Shown here: positions 26,041-35,088 of the stretch, one piece after another
Layout of the letters: each line of letters opens with the position of its first letter
How positions within the stretch are numbered: the stretch's first letter is position 1
Assembly (NCBI GenBank): GCA_964360585.1
Contig: CAYHXC010000001.1
Coordinates: 21,907 to 85,906 of the forward strand
From: an uncultured Candidatus Saccharibacteria bacterium
Lineage (GTDB): Bacteria > Patescibacteriota > Minisyncoccia > UBA6257 > 2-01-FULL-56-20
Direction: 5' to 3'
DNA: 64,000 bases
The notes under the pieces: model-generated
Database searches by the model: none
Told to the model about the DNA's origin: nothing
Seen by the model: the letters and a program-made list of their open reading frames with translations, nothing else
Translations under genes and position numbers: made by a program

Positions 26041-26062
26041 TCTCTAATTCGCGCGAATATGC
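26041..26062. promoter_or_regulatory. Half-palindromic site TCTCTAATTCGCGCGAATATGC ~30 bp upstream of arsR-B start
   Basis: Contains perfect TTCGCGCGAA, with a degenerate right arm. Confidence 0.4.
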
Positions 26063-26112
26063 CCTATAAGAACCTCGGTGACAAACGCGAATGTCTGATT
26101 CAGAACTTAGAT

Positions 26113-27246
26113 TTATTTTCGTTTCAGGGCTTCGATGCCGGGCAGTTTTTTGCCGCTCAAAAACTCGAGCATGGCGCCACCACCGGTTGAGATGAAGCTA
26201 AATGCTTTTTCCATTTTGTGTTTTTTGATAAACATGACCGTCTCTCCTCCGCCTATTAAGCGAAATGCCTTTTTATTCCGTCCAATTGATTTGGTGAGCG
26301 CGAGCGATCCATGAGAAAACTTTTTTTCTTCAATCAAGCCCAGCGGACCATTCCAGATAATCGTCCGAGCTTTTTTTATTTCACGCGCAAAGAGCTCTTC
26401 AGTTTTTACGCCAATGTCCAGTATCCTCCGGTTACTCATCTTGAAATCTATAGGGAGAAGTAAGTTGCGATATCCGGCAATCGTATGCACAAGCGGTCCG
26501 GGATTTTCATCAACTTTGGAACTATCAATATCCACCCCCCGCTCTTTTAAAAGAGTGTTCGCTACCGAGCCACCCAGGATAAACATATCCGCTTTCTTCC
26601 GAAAATAGCGAATAACGGGAATTTTTTCATGCGCTTTGCCGCCGCCGAAAATGACTACCAGTGGTTTTTTCGGTTTTCCCATAACGTGCGCCAGATGTTT
26701 CATCTCTGACTCCAGTTCCAACCCAGCATAACTCGGCAAGAATTTCGTTATTGCTTCGGTCGAAGTGTTGGCACGATGAGAAACCGGAAAAGCATCATTC
26801 ACATAATAATCCGCGAGTGAAGCCAAACTCTTGGCCAATTTCGTATCGTTCTTCTCCTCACCCGGCAAGAAACGGAGGTTTTCAAGAAGAAAAATACTTC
26901 CTTTTGGCGCCGCTTCAACCGTCTTCTGTATCTCCCTAAACCGGAAGTGTGGAATGAAGACAACCTTCCGCTTTAAAAACTTCCCCAAATTTTCACCATC
27001 TTTCTTTAAACTGAGTTTTGATACGTCTTTTCCTATGGGCTTGCCCGCCGTAGTTTTAACCGAGGTGGGACGACCGCGATGACTGACGATCACGATTTTT
27101 TCACACTGCTTCAGCAAAAATCGTATGGTTGGCAAGGTCGCTTCCATCCGCCACTCATCTTCGGTATTAAAATCTAAACGAAGCAGAACGGTGCCTTTGA
27201 GTTTGTTTTTTGCGGTTTTACTTAAGTAGTTGATCATCGTGGACAT
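26113..27246 (-). CDS. pgk: Phosphoglycerate kinase
   Basis: PGK N- and C-domains (LLRLDFN..., GGGKAHEKIP..., GGGAMLEFL). The ORF extends to 27312, but the start is placed at internal MSTMINYL by alignment with typical PGK N-termini. The start is uncertain. Confidence 0.8.
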   Translation of the reverse strand: MSTMINYLSKTAKNKLKGTVLLRLDFNTEDEWRMEATLPTIRFLLKQCEKIVIVSHRGRPTSVKTTAGKPIGKDVSKLSLKKDGENLGKFLKRKVVFIPHFRFREIQKTVEAAPKGSIFLLENLRFLPGEEKNDTKLAKSLASLADYYVNDAFPVSHRANTSTEAITKFLPSYAGLELESEMKHLAHVMGKPKKPLVVIFGGGKAHEKIPVIRYFRKKADMFILGGSVANTLLKERGVDIDSSKVDENPGPLVHTIAGYRNLLLPIDFKMSNRRILDIGVKTEELFAREIKKARTIIWNGPLGLIEEKKFSHGSLALTKSIGRNKKAFRLIGGGETVMFIKKHKMEKAFSFISTGGGAMLEFLSGKKLPGIEALKRK

Positions 27247-27638
27247 CCCATGTATGTGTAAACCCCACCTCGAAAGTGTCCGCAGGACTGTATCAATTGA
27301 GAAATCGAACATCTACCTGAGCTATCAGAAATCGACACTCCTGACTCTAAGTGTCTCGGAAGATTATCTGGAACGCAAAAACCGTTACACTGATTATCGT
27401 CATTACACTGCTTTCCAGCATCACTCAGGGGAAAATAACATTGCGGGTTTGAGATTCTCCATCCTACTGCTTCAATCCCCCAAACACCTCCCCAAACACG
27501 ACACCATATTTCACTCACACGTTGAGGCTGAGTGGTGCTATGTACGACGATAGAAAAACCGGAAGGATTAAAAAGATAAAGAAAAACGAGTATAAGGATA
27601 CTTCCCAAAACCACTCCTCCAGCCACTCGCTTTATCAT
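27234..27638 (-). CDS. Hypothetical small secreted cysteine-rich protein
   Basis: 134 aa, N-terminal TM/signal segment, 8 Cys in the mature part. Confidence 0.35.
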   Translation of the reverse strand: MIKRVAGGVVLGSILILVFLYLFNPSGFSIVVHSTTQPQRVSEIWCRVWGGVWGIEAVGWRISNPQCYFPLSDAGKQCNDDNQCNGFCVPDNLPRHLESGVSISDSSGRCSISQLIQSCGHFRGGVYTYMGCPR

Positions 27639-27693
27639 TGTATTTCATTATACTCGAGTATTTCTATATAATGAAAAGACCTGGGCTAGCTTA

Positions 27694-27828
27694 TGCCAGG
27701 TGGTAGAAATTCGATAGGCACGCTTTCTACTCTTTGTTTTAGAAAATCTAGACGAACTTCTTACATGCTCAGTGATTTCCATCTTAATTCACTTCCTAAA
27801 TAATAATCGAATTTTCACTACCTGGTAT
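27694..27828. mobile_element. MITE-like element, family C copy (TIR CCAGGTGGTAGAAATTCGATA / ATCGAATTTTCACTACCTGG)
   Basis: Inverted repeats flank ~90 bp. The right TIR ends 1 nt before the ndh ATG. Confidence 0.5.
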
Positions 27829-29104
27829 GGATAAAAAGAAAATACTGATTCTCGGCGCGGGCTTCGGCGGTCTCAAAACCGCTTTCCGACTGGCCGATGG
27901 ACTGAAACACAACAATCTCCTCGAAAAATATGAGGTTATTCTTATCGATCGGTATGAGCACCACACCTTTACTCCTCTCCTCTACGAGACCGCGACAACC
28001 TCTAAAGAAACGATTGACCTTGTCCGCCTCCATAGTCTCGTCACGCATAATGTGCGGAACCTGATCAATGGCTATCCGATTACATGTATCGAGGATATGA
28101 TTCGTGAGATTCGTCCGGGATCGGGCGAAGTCGTATTAGAAAAATCAGGCGCCGTCAAAGCAGAATATATCGTTCTCGCGCTCGGTTCGGAAGCCAACTA
28201 TTTTGACATGCCCGGCCTTAAGGAACACTCACTCACCCTCAAAACATTTACTGACGCTATTCGCATTCGGGATACAGTTCTTGATCTTACTGAAAATAAA
28301 GAATCGGGTATTCGCATTGTCGTCGGCGGCGCTGGACCAACGGGCGTCGAACTCGCCGCAGAACTCTCAAACTGGCGGCGTCGCGAGTCGGAAAAGTTAA
28401 GCTCGAAACTGAAAGTCACACTCGTTGAAGCCCAGCCCACCGTCCTTTTTGGCTTTCTGCCCTCCATCATTGCGGCAGCCGAGAAACGCCTTGCCGCTCT
28501 CGGTGTCGAAATGAAAACAAACACAAAGATTTCCGAACTGACAAAAGATACGGTCAAGTTCGAAAATGGCGAAGAGATGCCGGTTGATCTTTTTATCTGG
28601 ACTGGTGGGATTAAAACCCCGGAACTCCTCCAGCATTTGCCGCTCAAAAAAGAGGAGCGCGGCAAGATTGAAACCACTTCTTCGATGGACTGCTTACCCG
28701 AAACATCGGACTTATCGTTTGGCGCAAAAGTATACGGCCTTGGCGACAGTGTCTGTTTTCATGATCCGATTACGAAAAAACCAGTGCCGGCTGTTGCCCC
28801 GGCGGCGCTCGCCCAAGCTTCGGTTGTGGCCTACAACATCTTGGAAGATATCCGCGGCAAGGAGGGAATGGGTCCGATCGGCCACCGAATATACATACCA
28901 GTGAACTATCCTTACGTCATTCCCGTTGGTGGCAAATTTGCGATCGCAAGAATCGGTCCGCTTGTTCTCGGAGGATTCTTAGGTTGGCTCGTAAAAGGTG
29001 TGGTCGAACTCCACTACCTTTTCTCGATCATGCCTACATGGCAAGCGCTCCGCGTTTGGGCCCGAGGCCTGCGTGTCTTCTCAACCAACGACCAGCTGGG
29101 GTAA
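27827..29104 (+). CDS. ndh: Type II NADH dehydrogenase / FAD-dependent pyridine nucleotide-disulfide oxidoreductase
   Basis: 425 aa, two Rossmann dinucleotide motifs (ILILGAGFGG and VVGGAGPTGVELAAEL). Confidence 0.7.
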   Translation: MDKKKILILGAGFGGLKTAFRLADGLKHNNLLEKYEVILIDRYEHHTFTPLLYETATTSKETIDLVRLHSLVTHNVRNLINGYPITCIEDMIREIRPGSGEVVLEKSGAVKAEYIVLALGSEANYFDMPGLKEHSLTLKTFTDAIRIRDTVLDLTENKESGIRIVVGGAGPTGVELAAELSNWRRRESEKLSSKLKVTLVEAQPTVLFGFLPSIIAAAEKRLAALGVEMKTNTKISELTKDTVKFENGEEMPVDLFIWTGGIKTPELLQHLPLKKEERGKIETTSSMDCLPETSDLSFGAKVYGLGDSVCFHDPITKKPVPAVAPAALAQASVVAYNILEDIRGKEGMGPIGHRIYIPVNYPYVIPVGGKFAIARIGPLVLGGFLGWLVKGVVELHYLFSIMPTWQALRVWARGLRVFSTNDQLG

Positions 29105-29212
29105 TAAATTTAAAATTCAAAAATCAAAATTAAAAATGACAGTGCGAAACTCAAAATGAGCATCAACGAGAATTAAAAAAAGTCTCGAGCGAATTTCGCC
29201 GAGACTGTTTCC

Positions 29213-29677
29213 TTATGCTGCTTTTGCCTTCTTTCCGACAAGCGGTAAAGGCTTCCCAGAATACGACTTCCTGTCGATCTGTACAGAGGGAATGATCGCC
29301 GACAACTCTCCCCCGATAACCAAAGCCTTAATCGAGGCGGGAGCCATCGGACCCCATCGTGGATCTCTGACTCGCTCGAGCCTGCATTCAACATGATCGG
29401 GGTCCAACATCATGGCGAAGTACAGGCCATCACTTCCTTCTGCCTCCGCGCCATATACTGGCGTAACGACCATGCTCCCACTTTGATGACTGAAGTGTCG
29501 GAAGCCTGTCACGCGGCGAGCTCCAAACACACTCACACTTTCGTGTCTGGGATCAACTCGCATGATGATGTCTCGCCCTATGCTCAAGGGAACCCTTAAG
29601 ACTACCTCGTCTGCCATATGCCCTCCTAACGATTTTGTGGCTTCCCCAAGAATAACGAGGAAAATAAAAGACTGCAA
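29213..29677 (-). CDS. Hypothetical protein (GC-rich)
   Basis: 154-aa ORF. The true start is probably the internal MADEVV. No family recognised. Confidence 0.3.
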   Translation of the reverse strand: MQSFIFLVILGEATKSLGGHMADEVVLRVPLSIGRDIIMRVDPRHESVSVFGARRVTGFRHFSHQSGSMVVTPVYGAEAEGSDGLYFAMMLDPDHVECRLERVRDPRWGPMAPASIKALVIGGELSAIIPSVQIDRKSYSGKPLPLVGKKAKAA

Positions 29678-29679
29678 AT

Positions 29680-32052
29680 TTATGTTCGCAAGCGCTGGTG
29701 GATGTCGGCCTCAACAACTTCGCGGTTTTGGCCGTACTTGGTGCGCGAGTACTCTTTCATTTTTTCTCCAAGCGCTTGATCGCCGCCCGTCCATGATGCG
29801 GTGGAAATGCGCATATTAAACGGTTTGGCTGTCTGGCCATTCACCAGCAATTTTACATAGGCATTCAGATTATCAATATTGATCAAATCTTTTTCGCTAA
29901 AGATGGGCGCGAACTGCTTTACGAGAAACTCGGCATCCTGGACACCAACGCGCATGACCACCTGCGAACCAACGTTACCAAAAATCGAATCCCTAATCTT
30001 TTCTTCAAGCTGAGCAATAAACTGATGCGCCACCACAAGATTCAAGCGGTACTTTCTGGCTTCCGAAAATATGGTAGAAATTGAATCGGTCGTGAAGTTT
30101 TGGAATTCATCGATATAGAGATAAAAATCGCGACGTTTGTTTACGTCCGAGATGTCTCCTCGGGAAAGCGCGGCCATGAGAAGTTTTCCAGTAAAGAGCA
30201 TTCCGAGGAGTCCGGCATTGATATCGCCAATCCTGCCCTTAGAAAGGTTGATGATTAATATTTTTCCGGAATCCATAACTTCGCGGAAGTTAAAGGCGGA
30301 CTTCGGCTGACCAATAATCGGCCGCATGTAGTCGTTGGCGATGAAGTTGTTGAACTTCGATGTAATGTACGGCGTCATATTGGCGAGCGATGCCTCCCCG
30401 CCAGCTTTAGCCGCTTCCTTCTCCCAGAAATCGATCACCACCGGATTCTTGATTCGCTGGAGTTTGCGTTTGCGAAATTCCGTGTCGGTAAAGATGCGCG
30501 GCACTTCGATTAACGTCGCCGGTTCGTTCGGCATATCTTCCATTAAAAGTAATAAAGCGTTTCGCATGTACTGCTCGAACATCGGCCCCATGGTCTCGGC
30601 CACGAAGAGCTTGTTAAAAATGCTTTGCATCTCGTTGACGATAAATGTTTTTTCTTCCGGCCGATCGAAGTTGTAGTCAATCATGTTCAAACCCATCGGG
30701 CGCATAATGTCTCCCGGGTTGAAATAGATAAGATCATCCAGTCGCTCTTTTGGAATGTGATTCAGAACGCTTTCCGCCACATCGCCATGAGGATCAACGA
30801 TGGCCACCCCTCGGCCATTTTTGATATCTTCAATCAACATACTCGAAAGGAGTGTGGTTTTACCGGTACCCGTCTGGCCAACGACATACATGTGTCGCCG
30901 GCGGTCCTCTTCGTCAATAAAAACTGGCTGTTCTCCCCCGCGGAAAAGGGCGGTGCCAATTCGTAAGCCGGCTTTGGGCAGATCGACTGGCGGCGGCGCT
31001 TCTTTTGACTTCAACCACTTCACGCGCGGCGTTTCCGTGGTCGAGGTTGGAAGATGGTAGACACTCGCCAACTCTTCAGCATTCAGAATCATGGCCTTCG
31101 AGGCATCAAATTTCCGGAAAATATAGAGATGGAGAAGATTTTGCACGTTGCGCGGCTTTACGATCCGGAACTCATTTCGTTGTGGGCTGGTAAACTGGCC
31201 GAACGGCGTCGCAATACCATCAATAATCTCATCGGCCACGCGCGGATTTGGTCCGGAAGCAACGATTCGAATATTGACTGCGAAAAGCGGCTTAGATGCT
31301 TTTCGTTCTAAAAGTTTCATCCCTTCGTTATCAACTACTCGCTCCGCCTTGCGCTTTTCTTCTCCTTTAATATCCAAGGCATGTTTTACCTCTTTCACAT
31401 TCCAGGGCATCTTGTGCATAAACACCTGCTCCAAAGACTCACCGCGCCGCATATCGGCCATAGACGATTCCATCTTCTTTCGGTAATCGCGCGAAGCCGG
31501 CGTGGCCACAATCTGCAAAGCTGCTCCTTCGCCAAGCTCACTGATCTTCGCAAAACCGTTCAAGATACCGTTAAACGCGTCAGCGCCAATTTCTTCGTAG
31601 GTTCGGATTGGTAGAGCAAAGTTTTCTTTTTGTTCAAAAAAAGCGGCAGTCGTTGTTCCCTGGGCGTTAAAAACAGTGTAGTCGTCCGGCAGTGGCACCA
31701 CACTCGCGTCCGGCCAAATGCCCTGCACCTGTTTTACCGCCGCGTTACTCAACTCGCGCGGCACCGCCATGTGGAAATGAATCTCCTCGCCGATATGCGG
31801 CACCGCTACTTCAAACACGAACGGCGCGTGGAACGAGGCAAGCGAAGCAAAAAGTTGCTCGCTCTGATTAATCTCCTTCTTAAACTCATCCCCAGAACCA
31901 TTTTCTTTTTTGTGAACCTGGGGAATGCGGATCAAAAATACCTCGAGCGATAAAGCAGAAAGCAACGCCTGTTTTTTTACATGCCAAAAAATAAAGTAAG
32001 CTCCGCCGGTTATTAAAATGCCGATACAAACAATAAGGATGAGCTCGATCAT
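29680..32052 (-). CDS. Membrane-anchored P-loop ATPase of the VirD4/TraD/TraG type IV secretion coupling-protein type
   Basis: 790 aa, N-terminal TM helix. Walker A is MYVVGQTGTGKTTLL; Walker B is FYLYIDEFQNF. The overall size and order match T4SS coupling / DNA-binding-domain ATPases. Confidence 0.5.
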   Translation of the reverse strand: MIELILIVCIGILITGGAYFIFWHVKKQALLSALSLEVFLIRIPQVHKKENGSGDEFKKEINQSEQLFASLASFHAPFVFEVAVPHIGEEIHFHMAVPRELSNAAVKQVQGIWPDASVVPLPDDYTVFNAQGTTTAAFFEQKENFALPIRTYEEIGADAFNGILNGFAKISELGEGAALQIVATPASRDYRKKMESSMADMRRGESLEQVFMHKMPWNVKEVKHALDIKGEEKRKAERVVDNEGMKLLERKASKPLFAVNIRIVASGPNPRVADEIIDGIATPFGQFTSPQRNEFRIVKPRNVQNLLHLYIFRKFDASKAMILNAEELASVYHLPTSTTETPRVKWLKSKEAPPPVDLPKAGLRIGTALFRGGEQPVFIDEEDRRRHMYVVGQTGTGKTTLLSSMLIEDIKNGRGVAIVDPHGDVAESVLNHIPKERLDDLIYFNPGDIMRPMGLNMIDYNFDRPEEKTFIVNEMQSIFNKLFVAETMGPMFEQYMRNALLLLMEDMPNEPATLIEVPRIFTDTEFRKRKLQRIKNPVVIDFWEKEAAKAGGEASLANMTPYITSKFNNFIANDYMRPIIGQPKSAFNFREVMDSGKILIINLSKGRIGDINAGLLGMLFTGKLLMAALSRGDISDVNKRRDFYLYIDEFQNFTTDSISTIFSEARKYRLNLVVAHQFIAQLEEKIRDSIFGNVGSQVVMRVGVQDAEFLVKQFAPIFSEKDLINIDNLNAYVKLLVNGQTAKPFNMRISTASWTGGDQALGEKMKEYSRTKYGQNREVVEADIHQRLRT

Positions 32053-32058
32053 TACAGG

Positions 32059-32457
32059 TTAAGAGACAAGGCCCTTTTCTTTCATGGTGGGGTAGAGTTT
32101 TTTAACCAAAGCATCGTGAAAAGCGTCGAGAACAAACGGTGTCGTCTTTCGCGCCTCCCGATCAGCCGAGAGAATCCCTTTGTGGAAAGCAATATCCAAG
32201 AGATACTCGACTTCGAGCTTCATTTCGGGTGGCGCGTTTTCCACATACTGCGGTAACGGGTTCTGAAGGTTGGTTGGCGGGTCAATCGGACCGTTCCCGG
32301 CCGTCGCAAATGACTGGATCGAGCGCTTTAAAAGGGCTTCGCCGCCTAAATGTCTTGTCTCCAGTGCCTCTCGATGTTTCCCCACCTCCTCGGCCAGCCG
32401 CTTCATGTCGTTCTCGAGAGCCTGGTGTTCAAATTCTGGTAGCAATTGTTCAGTCAT
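32059..32457 (-). CDS. Hypothetical coiled-coil protein
   Basis: 132 aa, directly upstream of the ATPase gene on the same strand. Confidence 0.35.
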   Translation of the reverse strand: MTEQLLPEFEHQALENDMKRLAEEVGKHREALETRHLGGEALLKRSIQSFATAGNGPIDPPTNLQNPLPQYVENAPPEMKLEVEYLLDIAFHKGILSADREARKTTPFVLDAFHDALVKKLYPTMKEKGLVS

Positions 32458-32460
32458 AAA

Positions 32461-32500
32461 GGGTAGGGGGTAGGGTTGAGGGTATAGGGGTTAGGGTCGG
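32461..32500. repeat. G-rich telomere-like heptamer repeats (GGGTAGGGGGTAGGGTTGAGGGTATAGGGTTAGGGTCGGG) abutting the start codon of the 32059..32457 gene
   Basis: TAGGG(G/T) units. On the coding (minus) strand they form a C-rich CCCUA-repeat leader that ends at the AUG. Confidence 0.5.
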
Positions 32501-32676
32501 GATAGGAAGGAATCTAGAATTTAGGAGTTAGAATCTAGTTATGAAGTAGTAGTGGCAGGATTAGTCCAGAAGCCGCCCCTCTAACTCCTAGATTCTAAAT
32601 TCTAATTCCCTCGAGTGCTGGTCCTCTCTCCTATCCCCTAGTCACTCATCACTAGTTCCTGTTACTATAGTATACA

Positions 32677-34302
32677 ATGGCTCGATACATATTTGTAACC
32701 GGCGGAGTGATGTCAGGAATTGGAAAGGGAGTATCGACCGCTTCAATCGCCCGCATCCTTCAAGAAAAAGGCTTCCGCGTGACTGCCGTAAAAATTGATC
32801 CGTATGTGAATGTCGACGCCGGAACTATGAACCCTCTCGAACACGGAGAGGTTTTTGTGACCGAAGACGGCTTGGAGTGCGACCAGGATATTGGAAACTA
32901 CGAACGTTTCCTCGGCACAAACATCTATCGCGACAACTATATGACAACCGGCCTCGTCTATCAGACCGTAATCAGCCGCGAACGCAGCCTGGGCTATGAT
33001 GGCCGTTGTGTTCAAGTTGTCCCGGCCATTCCCGACGAAGTTATCCGCCGCCTGAAAATCGTCGGCCAGAAAACGAAGGCTGATTTTATTTTAATTGAGA
33101 TCGGTGGCACCGTTGGCGAGTACGAAAATCTTCTCTTCCTTGAAGCGGCGCGCATGCTGAAACTGCAAAGTCCCGAGTCAGTCATGTTTGTGCTCGTGAG
33201 CTACCTGCCGATTCCCTCGAAGATTGGGGAGATGAAAACCAAGCCGACCCAGCACGCCGTCCGCAACTTAAATGGCGCCGGTATCCAGCCGGATATCATT
33301 CTCGCCCGCTCGCCAGAACCACTCGATGGCCCACGGAAACAAAAAATCGCTATTTTCTGTAACGTCACACCGGAAGACATCATCTCCGCGCCGGACGTTG
33401 ATTACATCTACGAAATTCCGATCAACTTTGAAAAAGAAGGGATTAGTAATCGTATTTTGAAAAAGTTTGGTTTGAAGCCAAAAAAGAGTGATGGACGTGA
33501 GTGGCGCTCACTGGTTCGCTCAATTCACACCGCTAAAAAACCAGTCAGGATTGCGATCGCCGGAAAATATTTCACGACCGGTAACTTCACCCTCGGCGAT
33601 TCATATCTTTCCGTAATTGAAGCGATCAAACACGCCTCGTGGAAGTTGGGGCGGAAACCGGTGATCGACTGGATCGATACTAGCGCTTATGAGAAATCAA
33701 AAACGAACCTGAAAAGCCTTTCGAAATACGACGGCTTGATCGTGCCGGGCGGTTTCGGCTCACGCGGCATTGAAGGGAAGATTTTGGCCATCCAGTATGC
33801 TCGCGAGAAAAAAATCCCCTTCTTGGGATTGTGCTATGGCCTTCAGCTGGCAGTAATCGAGTATGCCCGCAACATGGCTGGATTAAAGCAGGCGCATACA
33901 ACCGAGGTAAATCCTAAAACCCCTGACCCCGTCATCCATATTCTCCCCGAGCAGTTGGAGAATCTCCACAAAGGGAATCTCGGCGGTTCAATGCGTCTCG
34001 GCGCTTATCCTTGCGAACTGAAACCAGGAACTAAAGCGGCAAAGGCCTATAGCCAAAAGATGATTACCGAACGCCATCGCCATCGCTACGAGGTAAACAA
34101 CCAGTATCGAGACCTCTTAGAGAAGAAAGGTTTAACCGTTTCCGGCGTAAACCCAGAAAAAAATCTGGTCGAGGTCATCGAACTCAAGAACCATCCGTTC
34201 TTTGTGGCCAGCCAGTTCCATCCGGAGCTGAAGTCACGACCACTTTCGCCCCATCCCCTGTTTTTGGAGTTCGTGAAAGCCGCCAGCAAGAACAGGGGCT
34301 AG
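32677..34302 (+). CDS. pyrG: CTP synthase
   Basis: 541 aa, MARYIFVTGGVMSGIGKG N-terminus and glutamine amidotransferase C-domain (GLCYGLQ). Confidence 0.9.
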   Translation: MARYIFVTGGVMSGIGKGVSTASIARILQEKGFRVTAVKIDPYVNVDAGTMNPLEHGEVFVTEDGLECDQDIGNYERFLGTNIYRDNYMTTGLVYQTVISRERSLGYDGRCVQVVPAIPDEVIRRLKIVGQKTKADFILIEIGGTVGEYENLLFLEAARMLKLQSPESVMFVLVSYLPIPSKIGEMKTKPTQHAVRNLNGAGIQPDIILARSPEPLDGPRKQKIAIFCNVTPEDIISAPDVDYIYEIPINFEKEGISNRILKKFGLKPKKSDGREWRSLVRSIHTAKKPVRIAIAGKYFTTGNFTLGDSYLSVIEAIKHASWKLGRKPVIDWIDTSAYEKSKTNLKSLSKYDGLIVPGGFGSRGIEGKILAIQYAREKKIPFLGLCYGLQLAVIEYARNMAGLKQAHTTEVNPKTPDPVIHILPEQLENLHKGNLGGSMRLGAYPCELKPGTKAAKAYSQKMITERHRHRYEVNNQYRDLLEKKGLTVSGVNPEKNLVEVIELKNHPFFVASQFHPELKSRPLSPHPLFLEFVKAASKNRG

Positions 34303-34351
34303 TGATTAGTGGATAGTGATTGGTGATTACACTACCGAACTCAGCGAATAA

Positions 34352-34585
34352 ATGATCAAAAACATAAGAAAGTTATCCGGGATTCAATTTGGAATATTGG
34401 CCGTTCTCCTAATTGTTTTTTCTGCCTATGTCGGCGCGACACAGGTTTATGTTGCATGGAGATGTGGCTATCAACCATTTCTAGAAGGAGAGGCTCCAAA
34501 TCCATTCATAATATATAGATTTCTGATTAAAAACAACGCAAGCATTCATCCGTTATGCGAATCCTTGTTGTTTAATAAGAATTAA
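34352..34585 (+). CDS. Hypothetical small membrane protein
   Basis: 77-aa ORF with one TM segment; weak support. Confidence 0.2.
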   Translation: MIKNIRKLSGIQFGILAVLLIVFSAYVGATQVYVAWRCGYQPFLEGEAPNPFIIYRFLIKNNASIHPLCESLLFNKN

Positions 34586-34656
34586 ATTACTGTCATTGCG
34601 AGCAAAACGAAGCAATCTCTTATCTAAAAAGATTGCCACGTCACTCTGTTCCTCGC
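34582..34656. repeat. Compound hairpin (12-bp stem tgtcattgcgag/ctcgcaatgaca enclosing a second gcaatct/agattgc stem)
   Basis: Nested inverted repeats. Shares the GATTGCCACG core with the structured element at 47105-47240. Confidence 0.35.
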
Positions 34657-34679
34657 AATGACAATCACCCTTGCGCTAC

Positions 34680-34710
34680 TAAAACTCCCGAGGTTAACTC
34701 GGGAGTTTTG
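34680..34710. terminator. Bidirectional terminator (aaaactcccgag gttaa ctcgggagtttt)
   Basis: 12-bp perfect stem between the convergent + region and rplU. Confidence 0.6.
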
Positions 34711-35011
34711 TGATTTCTACTTCAGTGAATGGCTGGCGGTGGCCTTTGCGGCGACGCAAGCGAGTTTTGGAATGGTACTTGAAGATTAACTTCTTTTCGC
34801 CTCGTCCTTGCATGAGAACCTTGGCGGCAACTTTCTCCGAGGCTACATAAGGCTGACCAACTTTAACAGTGTCACCATTAACGTTCAGAAGCACACGATC
34901 AAAAGAAATATCGCTTCCGGAAGCGGCTTCTAATTTTTCGATTTTCAGTTTGTCGCCAGCGGAAACCTTGTACTGCTTCCCGCCGGTTTCGATGATTGCG
35001 AAATTTGGCAT
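34694..35011 (-). CDS. rplU: 50S ribosomal protein L21
   Basis: 105 aa, MPNFAIIETGGKQYKV...GHRQPFTEVEI, L21 family. Confidence 0.85.
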   Translation of the reverse strand: MPNFAIIETGGKQYKVSAGDKLKIEKLEAASGSDISFDRVLLNVNGDTVKVGQPYVASEKVAAKVLMQGRGEKKLIFKYHSKTRLRRRKGHRQPFTEVEITKLPS

Positions 35012-35045
35012 AGGGGTTAGGGGTTAGGGGTTAGGGGTTAGGGTT
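35012..35045. repeat. Four tandem GGGGTTA heptamers (telomere-like) immediately upstream of the rplU start codon
   Basis: aggggttaggggttaggggttaggggttagggttg, followed at 35060-35087 by the C-rich complement-like acccttgaccctacaccctaatccc. Confidence 0.55.
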
Positions 35046-35088
35046 GAATTTTCACTATACCCTTGACCCTACACCCTAATCCCTGTAG

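Noticed and set aside
32461-35087. TTAGGGG/TTAGGGT arrays as true telomeres or chromosome ends
   Set aside because: The arrays are internal, short (4-6 units), and occur at four separate intergenic positions flanked by ordinary genes. They are treated as regulatory or structural repeats, not telomeres.
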